Notes: a model not told the origin generated them from the sequence alone. A DNA stretch of 36,980 nt from a virus (IMGVR_UViG_3300035492_000302:1-36980); one strand, 5' to 3'. Shown: positions 8,457-17,094, counted from the stretch's first letter. Program-made: numbers and translations.

Positions 8457-8972
8457 TTAGATACCGATCGCTCGCCGGTGCTCGGCCATGCGGTCAACGC
8501 CGCCAAAGTTCTCGATGCCGTTCAGGACATCGATTTCGCACAGCACTTCACCATCGAGCGTTTCTTTGTAGTAGATGGCTTCGGTGGTGATTGTCTTGTT
8601 CGAGTCTTCGCCGGTTTTGTACTCGCCAGAGTCAATTTCACTGTGCCGCCCGCGCACGACGATCTCCACGGCGCCGACCTGACCAGTGTCATCACGCTGC
8701 ACCGAACCGACAAAACGCAGCAGCACGCCGCCAGCGTTGGCGACACCCATTTGTTTGATCACTTGCGAGTCGTAGCCACCAATGACCCACTTCATTTGAA
8801 GCCCGTCATCTTCCAGGCCGTGGTCGACCTTGGCCGCACCGCTCATGCCAGCGCCGCGAAAAGACTCCATTTTTCTGGCCAGGCTGGGACGATTAAATGA
8901 TTCGGCCTCGCCCACGTAGGATCGGCCTTCGTTAAAGATGTTCAGGTGTTTGAGTTTCGCTGGTAATCCCAT
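8457..8972 (-). CDS. FII: Tail tube protein FII
   Basis: Start M5 of ORF 8457..8984 (GGAGAT SD). It lies downstream of the sheath gene and shows gpFII-like length and order. Confidence 0.85.
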   Translation of the reverse strand: MGLPAKLKHLNIFNEGRSYVGEAESFNRPSLARKMESFRGAGMSGAAKVDHGLEDDGLQMKWVIGGYDSQVIKQMGVANAGGVLLRFVGSVQRDDTGQVGAVEIVVRGRHSEIDSGEYKTGEDSNKTITTEAIYYKETLDGEVLCEIDVLNGIENFGGVDRMAEHRRAIGI

Positions 8973-9024
8973 GGTGATCTCCAAAATTTAAGCGTGACCG
9001 GCCCGCCAGATGCGGGCCAGCGGG

Positions 9025-10200
9025 TTAGGCGTTGATGCGCTGGGAAAAATCAAGCAGGTAGCGATCCGTGATGCGCTGCTGGAACTGCAGGTTTTCCAAC
9101 GGCGGCACGGGCGTGTAGTCGTAATCGATCGTGAGCTTTCCCGATTTCAGGTTATCGACGTTGTTGTACTGCTCGTCGTACCAGGCCACACCGTCGATGA
9201 TGTAGCCGCGCACGCGCAAATCGGCGAATTTGCGGTTAATACCTTCGATAATGTCTTTGATCAGCGATGGGTGCATCGGCTGGTCTACCGCCCACATGTG
9301 AGCCTCGGCGATGGTGTCGGCCAGCACTTGGGCCGTGCGCGTGTAGTTCTCGAACGGGAAAAGGCTTTGCGGGCCGGCGCAGGTGCGCGATCCCCAGAAA
9401 CGAAAACCGGTGCTGTTGATCAAAGTCGTGACGTCGTTTTCGTTCAGGTAGCCCGCATCGGTGGCAGGATCCTGCAGATCCCAGAAAACATCTTTGCTGA
9501 TGCCTGTGACGCCATTGACAACGTAGTTCGACAGCGTTTTGTGCCAGCCGATTTCCTGGTCGATCTTGGCGCGCAAGCCCATGGCCACCGCCACGCTGGA
9601 CATGCCTTGTTCGGCGTTGGCCACAGTATCCCAACTGGTCCAATCTGGCCAGATAACCATAAGCTCGCGTTGGCCGAAAGTTTCGCGGTAAAGCGTGGCC
9701 TCTTCCTTGGTTGCGCACTCCCATGCCGAAACGTAGCCGAACGCGCGCAGCTGCTGTGCAATGGTGGCCAGGGCCACCGCAACGGGCTCTGAATCGAGAA
9801 ATGGCGCGCCCAGGATACGCGGTTTGACCTGAAGACGCGACTGGGCAGCCAGCAAGGCACGCATGCCGGTGTACTGGCCGGTGGGCGATGTGCCGCCGAT
9901 CACGTTGCTGGTGGTTTCTTCAGGCGTCAGGCCTTCAGCCACGCGAACCACAACCGTGACAGGTTTGGTCTGGCTGGCGATCGCTTCGAGCGATTTCCGT
10001 AGCGTCCCTTGCGTTCCAGCCGATCCGATGCCGGTCAGGATGTTGGTCAGAAGTACCGGCGTATCAAGCGGAAAAACGTCGGCATCAGCGTCTTCGGCCG
10101 TTGCAATCAATCCGACCACAGCCGTTGAAACGGTGCGGATGGGGCGCGTGCCCTGGTTGATTTCGAGGACTCGGACGCCGTGGTGATAATCGGTTGTCAT
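9025..10200 (-). CDS. FI: Contractile tail sheath protein FI
   Basis: 391 aa starting MTTDYHHGVRVLEINQGTRPI, a typical sheath N-terminus. It is followed by tube, E and T. Confidence 0.9.
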   Translation of the reverse strand: MTTDYHHGVRVLEINQGTRPIRTVSTAVVGLIATAEDADADVFPLDTPVLLTNILTGIGSAGTQGTLRKSLEAIASQTKPVTVVVRVAEGLTPEETTSNVIGGTSPTGQYTGMRALLAAQSRLQVKPRILGAPFLDSEPVAVALATIAQQLRAFGYVSAWECATKEEATLYRETFGQRELMVIWPDWTSWDTVANAEQGMSSVAVAMGLRAKIDQEIGWHKTLSNYVVNGVTGISKDVFWDLQDPATDAGYLNENDVTTLINSTGFRFWGSRTCAGPQSLFPFENYTRTAQVLADTIAEAHMWAVDQPMHPSLIKDIIEGINRKFADLRVRGYIIDGVAWYDEQYNNVDNLKSGKLTIDYDYTPVPPLENLQFQQRITDRYLLDFSQRINA

Positions 10201-10202
10201 AG

Positions 10203-11267
10203 TTACGCTCCAATGGTGGCGGTGGTAAGAGGAAAGGAACTGAGCAAGTGCGAGCGCAGCCCATAGGTCTGGGCGTGACTAGCGTGTGCAATCCAGCTTT
10301 GAATCACTGGCTGGATCTGCGAAAGCGTGATGCGACGATCGCGGTACAAGCGCTGGAATCGGCGCAACTTTGTTTTCATGCATTTAATGCTGTCAACACG
10401 CAGGCGCCGATGGGTTGGGTAGATTCGATAACCAAGAAAGTCCAATGCGCGCCCGTTGTTTATCCCGATAGGGAAAACCTGGGTTTTATGGTTGGTTCGC
10501 AAGCGCAGCTGCGACCACAGAAAGCTTTCGATGCGTCGGCGTATCTCGTGCAGATGGGTCTTGTCGTGGTGAACCACCACAAAATCATCCATGTACCGGC
10601 AGTAGTAACTCTGGCCAAGATCGTGCTTGACGTACATGTCAAGCTCATGCAGATAGATGTTGGCGCACAGCTGCGAGGTCAGGTTGCCAATGGGAAGGCC
10701 GACCGGCGCGAGTGAGCCTGGCAGCGTGCAAGCGCTGTCGATGATGTTGTCCATCAGGGCAAGGGTGCTTTGGCAGGCGATGTGCCGGCGCAGCAGCTTT
10801 TTAATAATGCCGTGGTCAATGGAAGCGAAGTACTTGCTGATGTCTGCCTTGAGAACGTACACCCTTCCGTGCGATCGATTGACGTTGCGCAAGAAAGTCT
10901 GAGCGCGATTGGCGCCACTGTGCATGCCGCGCCCAACACGGCAGGCGTAGCTGTCGTGGATGAACCGCGCCTCCCAGATCGGTTCGATGACCGAGAACAC
11001 GGCGTGTTGAACAATGCGGTCGCGAAACGGCAGGGCTGCGACCATGCGGGTTTTGGGCTCGTGCACGTAGAACGTGTGATATGAGCCCGTTTGATAGGTG
11101 CCCCAGATCAGCTCGTTTTGAAGTTGGATCAGCTCGCATTCAAGATCGCGCTCGAAGAGCTGAACCTGCGCGTTGTCGCGCTTGCCTTTTCTGGCTTTCA
11201 GGTACGAACGGTACAGATTCTCAAAATCATAGATCTGCTCAAAAAGGTTGGTGTAGGTAACTGCCAT
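10203..11267 (-). CDS. DGR reverse transcriptase
   Basis: I chose the internal start M108 of ORF 10203..11588 (ATG at 11267). Motifs: YMDDFVVV catalytic box and IGNLTSQLCANIYL, the DGR-type (I/L)GxxxSQ motif. TR and avd lie immediately upstream. Confidence 0.9.
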   Translation of the reverse strand: MAVTYTNLFEQIYDFENLYRSYLKARKGKRDNAQVQLFERDLECELIQLQNELIWGTYQTGSYHTFYVHEPKTRMVAALPFRDRIVQHAVFSVIEPIWEARFIHDSYACRVGRGMHSGANRAQTFLRNVNRSHGRVYVLKADISKYFASIDHGIIKKLLRRHIACQSTLALMDNIIDSACTLPGSLAPVGLPIGNLTSQLCANIYLHELDMYVKHDLGQSYYCRYMDDFVVVHHDKTHLHEIRRRIESFLWSQLRLRTNHKTQVFPIGINNGRALDFLGYRIYPTHRRLRVDSIKCMKTKLRRFQRLYRDRRITLSQIQPVIQSWIAHASHAQTYGLRSHLLSSFPLTTATIGA

Positions 11268-11419
11268 GGTCCTGCTTTGGTTGGCGGCCGCGCCGACTTT
11301 CGCAGGGCTACTGGCCTGCGCGGCCTGTTCAGTGTTTCGGCTTTTTGGGCCGGGGATGGCGCGTCCTTTTGAAGGTGCGCTGTCACGCGGCCCGTAAGCC
11401 ACGTGCTTCTGGCATCGCT

Positions 11420-11539
11420 CAAGAGCGGGGCGAAACCCGATGTTGTTGTTGGCGTTGGAGCGCGGATTGTTGAGGTTCAGCGCAGAGGGGCCTGCGTTGG
11501 CACCGTTGTTCCAATTGCCCCCACGAATCGGGAATCGCT
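11420..11539 (-). repeat. DGR template repeat (TR)
   Basis: 120 nt that align without gaps to 11982..12101. It starts 22 nt after the avd stop and is non-coding despite being in frame with the RT ORF. Confidence 0.9.
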
Positions 11540-11560
11540 GTAACGCACCACCCGTAAGCA

Positions 11561-11917
11561 TCATTCGGAGCGTGACCATTTGATCCATCCTCCGACCATG
11601 CGCCCGATTTCCGCCAAGTGGCGTGCCCAGATCTCGTACTTTTTGGTGTCCATGTACTGCAATGAATGCGCCAGGCGCACCATCGATCTGAGCAAATCAA
11701 GCTCGGCGTCAAGATCCTGCAGCGTCGTTTTTTTGTGGTACCGCTTATTGGTCACCACAATCAGGCGCAGTACGCGCAGCATGCTCAAACGTATTTCCGC
11801 AGCGAGCACATGGCGCTCGTGCTTTGGAAACTGGCGAAGCGCTACGTAGCCGTACTGAATCATTGCCTCACACTTTTGGCGAATCTGCAGGTCGTTTTGA
11901 TTGGCGTCGTTGGTCAT
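11561..11917 (-). CDS. avd: DGR accessory variability determinant (Avd)
   Basis: 118-aa basic helical protein. ...ARHLAEIGRMVGGWIKW resembles the Avd C-terminal helix (EVGRILGSWI in BPP-1, from memory). It lies between the target gene and TR. Confidence 0.8.
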   Translation of the reverse strand: MTNDANQNDLQIRQKCEAMIQYGYVALRQFPKHERHVLAAEIRLSMLRVLRLIVVTNKRYHKKTTLQDLDAELDLLRSMVRLAHSLQYMDTKKYEIWARHLAEIGRMVGGWIKWSRSE

Positions 11918-11931
11918 GATCGGTTTTATGA

Positions 11932-11951
11932 GGCTGCGCTACCGCGCAGCC
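11932..11951 (-). promoter_or_regulatory. GC-rich hairpin/cruciform downstream of VR (DGR target-recognition element)
   Basis: ggctgcgc tacc gcgcagcc forms a perfect 8-bp stem with a 4-nt loop, about 30 nt 3' of the VR end. Confidence 0.6.
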
Positions 11952-11973
11952 ATCAGATATCACGCTCCAAATT

Positions 11974-13083
11974 TCAGGCTACAAAAGCGGGGCGAAACCC
12001 GAAGGAGTTGTCGGCGTGGGAGCGCGGAAGGCTGAGGTTCAGCGCAGAGGGGCCCGCGTTGGCACCGTCGGTCCAATTGCCCCCACGAACCGGGAATCGC
12101 TCGCCGTGGTTACGGACATACAGCGTGCCCTCGTGCGTTCCGTCGATTGGATACAAATACAACGACTTGAGGATCCCTGGAGCCGTAACGCTGGCCTCGG
12201 ATGTAAGTGAGCTAAAGGGTGTATTGCCGTCCGTGCCGACCGTGTTTGCGTCGTCGCCCGGCGTACCTTTCTGGAACTCGATAACAGAGTTCAGGCGCGG
12301 CACGTTGCTGACTGCGCTGGTAGCGTCGTACTTGGCTGTGCCGACGCTGCCTGGGTCAACCAGGGCGCCGTCGCTTAGGCGAATCGCGCGCCATGCCGAA
12401 GAGCTCACGCCCATGTCGACGCTGGCCAGAACTGCATCGTTGTTGGCAATGACTTGAATCTCTCCATCAACTAGGCGCATACCAGGAGAGAACTCCCATA
12501 CGTTACCGACAAGATCAGCGATGCCGGTAGGCAGACCGTTGTGACGCCAGCTGGCCGGGCCACTGCCTGTAAAGATGCGCGGATTACCGGCACTTGACGG
12601 GGCAAGGCCACCATCGATGCGCCGGCCAGTTTCCCATGTGGCCGCATGCGAGCGTCCGAAGTTCGTGTTGCCGCGAACAGCAACGTTGTTTGTAGCTTTG
12701 TTCTTCCACATCCACAGCGCCAAAGCAGCGTAAGTCGCATTGGTGCACACGTGCCAGCCTGTGCCATTGGCGCGTGCATATGTTTGTGCTTGCGCCACGG
12801 TAAGCGATACGCTGACATCAACGCCGGGCAAGCTCAGTGCCTGGCCGTCACGCACCGTTGCTTGGTACATGCCAACGAAAATTTCAGGGATCTCCTGACC
12901 GTTGACAATAAAGGCCTCGTGAACACCCGTACCAAGGCTGGGATCGATGTCTTCCTTGCGAAATTTTGGAAGCACATAGACATAAACTGGGTGACTGTTG
13001 TTCTGTGTGTACAAAACGGTGTTCAGGCCACCGCTGGCCGCTTCTACAGCAGCGCGCAGGTTGTCTTTGGTGAAAATACTCAT
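11974..13083 (-). CDS. DGR target protein (Mtd-like receptor-binding tail fibre protein, FGE/C-type-lectin-like C-terminus)
   Basis: 369 aa with a GGAGAT SD. It contains GNVWEF (formylglycine-generating-enzyme-type fold motif). The C-terminus RFPVRGGNWTDGANAGPSALNLSLPRSHADNSFGFRPAFVA is VR-encoded. Confidence 0.85.
   Translation of the reverse strand: MSIFTKDNLRAAVEAASGGLNTVLYTQNNSHPVYVYVLPKFRKEDIDPSLGTGVHEAFIVNGQEIPEIFVGMYQATVRDGQALSLPGVDVSVSLTVAQAQTYARANGTGWHVCTNATYAALALWMWKNKATNNVAVRGNTNFGRSHAATWETGRRIDGGLAPSSAGNPRIFTGSGPASWRHNGLPTGIADLVGNVWEFSPGMRLVDGEIQVIANNDAVLASVDMGVSSSAWRAIRLSDGALVDPGSVGTAKYDATSAVSNVPRLNSVIEFQKGTPGDDANTVGTDGNTPFSSLTSEASVTAPGILKSLYLYPIDGTHEGTLYVRNHGERFPVRGGNWTDGANAGPSALNLSLPRSHADNSFGFRPAFVA
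11982..12101 (-). repeat. DGR variable repeat (VR) at the 3' end of the target gene
   Basis: It differs from TR at plus-strand positions 12003, 12005, 12006, 12012, 12018, 12029, 12030, 12032, 12055, 12069, 12071 and 12090. Every one of these is a T in plus-strand TR, which is an A in the sense strand. Confidence 0.9.
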
Positions 13084-13122
13084 TGCTTAATCTCCAGGGT
13101 GAGTGTCTTTTGGGTCGCGCCG

Positions 13123-13458
13123 TTAGCTGCGCGGCCAGACTGTGATTTCTACGGTGTCCGGATCAAGATCGAGCGGAACCAGTGTTTGCGTGCTATTGGG
13201 CTCGCCCTGCTCGTTGGTGCCGAGCTCGTCGACGGTTTCGGTGCGATAAGCCCGCGCCGGAATGCGTATGTTCAGAACGAACGCGCCTGGGCCATCCAGG
13301 CTGAGGCTGCCGTCAGTGTTCCGATACACGTCGACAATGCGCTCACTATCGTCCTGGTAGTCAGTCGCGTCGATGATGAGCTCGCCCACACTGATGACGG
13401 TGCCGTCGACTGAAAAGTCGCTATGCGGGCCGGGGCCCATGGTTTTGATCATGGCCAT
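13123..13458 (-). CDS. Hypothetical tail-fibre-module protein
   Basis: 111-aa ORF tightly packed between fibre genes. No family recognised. Confidence 0.5.
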   Translation of the reverse strand: MAMIKTMGPGPHSDFSVDGTVISVGELIIDATDYQDDSERIVDVYRNTDGSLSLDGPGAFVLNIRIPARAYRTETVDELGTNEQGEPNSTQTLVPLDLDPDTVEITVWPRS

Positions 13459-13463
13459 GATGT

Positions 13464-14390
13464 TCAGATCTCCATAAGGTTGATAGACCAGCGCAGAACC
13501 ACCGCATCGGCAGCGCTGGCAAGGGTTACACGAAAGCCGTTGCTCGCCCGGGCGCTGATAGACAACGCATCCGATGGCAATGGCGCGCCCGTGGCAGAGA
13601 GCGCATCGAGCGTGAGCCTGTAGCCATCGTTCGGTAAGGAATAGGGAAGCGCCACGAGAATGCTGGCCGGGCTGTTTAGTACGGCAGGGAAGCTTGCTTC
13701 GACGCGGCGAACATCTGTCATGGAAACCGAGTCGAGGGATGGATCGACGCTTGATGTGTTGCCAGCGGGTACGGTGATCCGATACAGCGCCAGCGCATCA
13801 GCGGGTGCGTCGACCCCGAGCATGGTCACGCCAAACTCAATGCCCTCGACTGCAGCGGCGTTTTCGCGCAGGTACACGGTGCATGTCTGGTTGGTTGCGC
13901 CCGGGTTGGGCGGCACCGATGCAGCATTCAGACGTTCGCGCACTGAAAAGCGCCGCCCCTTGAGAAACAGAACGCCGGCAGCCAGATTCAGGTTCCGCGC
14001 TGCATTAGTTGATTTTGTGACCGACAAGCCAGAGACTACGCCGCGATTGGCCAACTCAATCTGCCCTGACTGGTGGCGGTAACGAAGCGTTTTGCGCAAC
14101 TCAGTATCGGCCAGCGCGCTGCGCTCCAAAAGGTCGCGGACAAAGTAGTGCAAGGCGTTCTGATAGTCATGATCCTGAGAGCCGATGCGCTGATCCATCC
14201 CGGCAAGCCGGTTAGGTAATGAGCCGCTGTCGCCAGCCGCTGACTCAAGCTCTTGCTCTACCGCAGTTTGTCGATTATCAAGATCTGCAAAATTCTGGTC
14301 TATTTCTTCGTAGCGCGTGTTCCACAACGATGGAACAGCATCAGGCTCGTTGTTTGGGATGGGGGTGATATTTTGATTCGGCAAGGTCAT
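13464..14390 (-). CDS. Putative tail fibre protein
   Basis: 308 aa. The call rests on its position after the collar-domain gene and on the N-terminal PSLWNTRYEEIDQNFADLDNR, which is fibre-like. Confidence 0.5.
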   Translation of the reverse strand: MTLPNQNITPIPNNEPDAVPSLWNTRYEEIDQNFADLDNRQTAVEQELESAAGDSGSLPNRLAGMDQRIGSQDHDYQNALHYFVRDLLERSALADTELRKTLRYRHQSGQIELANRGVVSGLSVTKSTNAARNLNLAAGVLFLKGRRFSVRERLNAASVPPNPGATNQTCTVYLRENAAAVEGIEFGVTMLGVDAPADALALYRITVPAGNTSSVDPSLDSVSMTDVRRVEASFPAVLNSPASILVALPYSLPNDGYRLTLDALSATGAPLPSDALSISARASNGFRVTLASAADAVVLRWSINLMEI

Positions 14391-14404
14391 GGTGGTGTTC
14401 TCCG

Positions 14405-14782
14405 TTAATAGCGCAGGGTGATGCTGATTTCGTAGCGCTCGTCGCTTTCCTTGAGCTTGGGTGCGAAGGTTTTGAAGCCGACAACTTTTCCGTCCTCGTC
14501 CAGCAGCGCGGCCTCGGAGACGCGCGCGCCCACAAGCTCGGCCTCCTCCAGCGCTCCCCTGCCGGTGGTTTCAAGCGCGTCGCGGGTGACAGTTGTCAGT
14601 GGTTTACGCAGCAGCTCGTTCCAGAGCGTGGTGCGGTTCGGATCCGGCGATTTCGGTGTGAGATCGGGGTTGTGCCCGCCATCGCCAAATGCCATGTAGA
14701 AAATGCGCTTGACTGGCGTGCCGTCATGAGCCTGGCGTGCCAGGCGAAGACGGTAGTCGTAAGCGGTGACCGCTTCAGCCAT
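14405..14782 (-). CDS. Tail-collar fibre N-terminal-domain protein (P2 gpH N-domain-like)
   Basis: IFYMAFGDGGHNPDL...LWNELLRK resembles the P2 H N-terminus (MAVGDGGG...L..EVWR). It lies directly after gene I. Confidence 0.6.
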   Translation of the reverse strand: MAEAVTAYDYRLRLARQAHDGTPVKRIFYMAFGDGGHNPDLTPKSPDPNRTTLWNELLRKPLTTVTRDALETTGRGALEEAELVGARVSEAALLDEDGKVVGFKTFAPKLKESDERYEISITLRY

Positions 14783-16223
14783 AGGATGCTCCCTTGATAA
14801 TCGTGATTAATGAGTGTGGACGCGCCCTTGCCCCCAGGCCCCAGTGGCCGTCCAGGCGCAGGCGACGGGGGGTATCGGTCAGTGGTTCGTAGGTCGCCCC
14901 GTTCATGTCGTAGGCAAGATCGAAGTGGCCCAGCCTGGGCGCAACCTGAAACCTGACCTGGCCAAGGTGCCACGAACCATCCAGGCGACGATGCCGGTAG
15001 CCAAGCTTGGCGGCACGCAGCCTGCCAAGGCGCTCCGGGCTGACGCTGATGTTCTGGCTGGCATCTATCGTGGCTGCGCTGTACGCAGGCAATGGCGTGT
15101 CGCGCCCGATACGAAACCCAAAAGGCTGGCGTCGGCGAGGGGCGCCCACGCGCCAGCTGGCGTCAAGGCGAACCCATGGCGCCAGGCGATTGGGGCGCGA
15201 CGGCAGGCGCGTTGCATTGAGCGGGTAGCTCAAGCTGGTGCTGTCGTGGTAGGTCACAGCCACCCCGATTGGCTGCTCAATGCGTGTTTGCGAGCGCATC
15301 AAGTTATGACTGTCAGCGTCGATCAGGCGAGACCCAAGACGCCAAGATCCGTCCAGACGCCGATCTTTTTGGCCCAAGCGCATGCATGGGCCAACTATCG
15401 TTGGCGCACCATGAATCTGGGCCAGCAGGTGGCTTTGAATCGTGCACTGGCGCAGTGCCAGACCGGGCTTGGCGCCGACTGTCTGACCTAGCCTGAAAGA
15501 TCCGAATGGGCGTGGCAAGGTCACAGTGCTGCCGTCTTTTCCAAGCTGGAACTTGGCATCGTCGTAGTCGCTCAGCACCAGATTGCACCAGGGGTACCTG
15601 CCGGTCGTCTGCTTTTGCAGCAAGGCCCTGGACTGCACCACGATGAGCACCCTGATCAGTAGCGAGAGCACGTACGAATAGATCGGCACCGAACGCTGCG
15701 GTTTCCATGCGTCGATCAGCCGGCGTGCCTGCTCAATGGCTTTGGGGTGCTCCGCCTGAGCAAGATCAAGCTGCACGATGAACTGCGCCCAGTGCTGGAT
15801 TTGAGGCACGCCAGCAACAGCGTCGATCGGGCCGATCTTTTTTGATCCGTCCAGAGACCAGGTGCCGTCTAGGTTCAGTGCGCCAAGCGCATCGTAGATG
15901 GCTCGTTGCTCTTTTTGTTCAATGATGCGCGCGGTCAGCCCCGATCGCTGCACTGCACGCTTTACAGCCCACACCGTGCCGCGCCGGCGATGCAAGGCGA
16001 TTTGACTTGCTACAGCTTCGCGCTTGACCTGCTCGGACCAGTTTTCTTCCCATTCATCGGCGGCAACCGTCCAAGCCAGCCAGGGCAGAAGCTCAATCGG
16101 GCAATCCCATGGGCTCCAAAGAGACCGAATGGGTACCGGTATATCACTGATCTGGCCAAGAACTGACGCGATCGCCCTTTCAACCGGGCTTGCGCTGGGC
16201 GGCAGGAGGTCACGCCTGTCCAT
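14775..16223 (-). CDS. I: Baseplate/tail protein I with a ~300-aa C-terminal extension
   Basis: The N-terminal ~185 aa (LPPSASPVERAIASV...LLPWLAW) are gpI-like. The C-terminal part carries RLDGSWxLG repeats. Confidence 0.75.
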   Translation of the reverse strand: MDRRDLLPPSASPVERAIASVLGQISDIPVPIRSLWSPWDCPIELLPWLAWTVAADEWEENWSEQVKREAVASQIALHRRRGTVWAVKRAVQRSGLTARIIEQKEQRAIYDALGALNLDGTWSLDGSKKIGPIDAVAGVPQIQHWAQFIVQLDLAQAEHPKAIEQARRLIDAWKPQRSVPIYSYVLSLLIRVLIVVQSRALLQKQTTGRYPWCNLVLSDYDDAKFQLGKDGSTVTLPRPFGSFRLGQTVGAKPGLALRQCTIQSHLLAQIHGAPTIVGPCMRLGQKDRRLDGSWRLGSRLIDADSHNLMRSQTRIEQPIGVAVTYHDSTSLSYPLNATRLPSRPNRLAPWVRLDASWRVGAPRRRQPFGFRIGRDTPLPAYSAATIDASQNISVSPERLGRLRAAKLGYRHRRLDGSWHLGQVRFQVAPRLGHFDLAYDMNGATYEPLTDTPRRLRLDGHWGLGARARPHSLITIIKGASYG

Positions 16224-17094
16224 GAGTGACCGCCGTTACGTTGATCGATACGCATTTTGGCGCTGTACGCTTTGCCGATTCGATGATGATGTCTTGCGCG
16301 CCCTGCGGAAGCTCGGGGGAAAGCAGTTGGACCTCGGTTACGCCTGGCTGCCTCAAGGCGGCGTATAGGCCTGACTTTGTGACACTACCCTCGATGACAT
16401 TGGTCTGTCTGTCATGCTCGGCCAAAGCCGCAATGGCTGCCTGGCGTACGACCTCACCCTCGGGTCCGGCCAGTGTGTGGATGATCGCGTTAACCTGGTA
16501 CGCCGTTACGATGGCGTGCTCGACGATGATCTCGTCGTTTAAGGGCCTGACGTCCTCTGGGGAAAGCTGCGCGTCCACCGACTGGAGTACCTCTTCGATA
16601 CCCAGGCCGGTGCGAGTAAGTACAGTCACCAATACTTTGCCCGCGTCGCGCCCTGACAGGCCTGTCTGGACAGCAACATCTTTGATGTTTTCGTGCGCCT
16701 GCATGGCCAGGGCGCGGTAGGCTTTGCCTGGCCCGGCAACCGATAGTTTGTAAGGGCTTTGCTGGATTCTGGGCCGGTATTCCTCATCAGGCTCATCATT
16801 TTTGCGCTCGACATCCAGCAGCGCACCCAGGTGATCGAGCGTGCTGTCGCGCGCGTATGCAAGCAGCACGTCCATTGCCGAGCGATTCACGAGTTCGCGC
16901 AGCAAAAGCTCGCGATAGGCATTCTCTTGCACCAGCTTTGTCAGTGGATCCGACTCGATCTGCAGCGCCTCTTCGAGCTCTGGCTTGGCCTGGACAAGCG
17001 CGGCAACGCGCTGCAAAAAGATCGTCTCGAAGTCGCTCTTTTGCACGACACCAGGAAATGGCAGCTTTGAAAGGTCAATAACGTTCTGACTCAT
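16210..17094 (-). CDS. J: Baseplate protein J
   Basis: 294 aa, between W and I; gpJ-like order and length. Confidence 0.8.
   Translation of the reverse strand: MSQNVIDLSKLPFPGVVQKSDFETIFLQRVAALVQAKPELEEALQIESDPLTKLVQENAYRELLLRELVNRSAMDVLLAYARDSTLDHLGALLDVERKNDEPDEEYRPRIQQSPYKLSVAGPGKAYRALAMQAHENIKDVAVQTGLSGRDAGKVLVTVLTRTGLGIEEVLQSVDAQLSPEDVRPLNDEIIVEHAIVTAYQVNAIIHTLAGPEGEVVRQAAIAALAEHDRQTNVIEGSVTKSGLYAALRQPGVTEVQLLSPELPQGAQDIIIESAKRTAPKCVSINVTAVTHGQA

Noticed and set aside
9000-9018. Hairpin ggcccgc-cagat-gcgggcc between the sheath and tube genes as a terminator
   Set aside because: No U-run follows it on the coding (minus) strand. It may be an mRNA stability or attenuation element, but there is no evidence beyond the stem itself.
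10203-11267. The reverse transcriptase as a retron or group II intron RT
   Set aside because: An Avd gene and a TR/VR pair with adenine-only mismatches flank it. I saw no msr/msd-like inverted repeats and no intron RNA domains.
11268-11588. N-terminal 107 codons of the 461-aa ORF 10203..11588 (Asn-rich MDQMVTLRMMLTGGALQRFPIRGGNWNNGANAG...)
   Set aside because: This stretch is the DGR template repeat plus spacer read in frame. It mirrors the VR-encoded C-terminus of the target protein. The RT domain begins at M108 (ATG at 11267).
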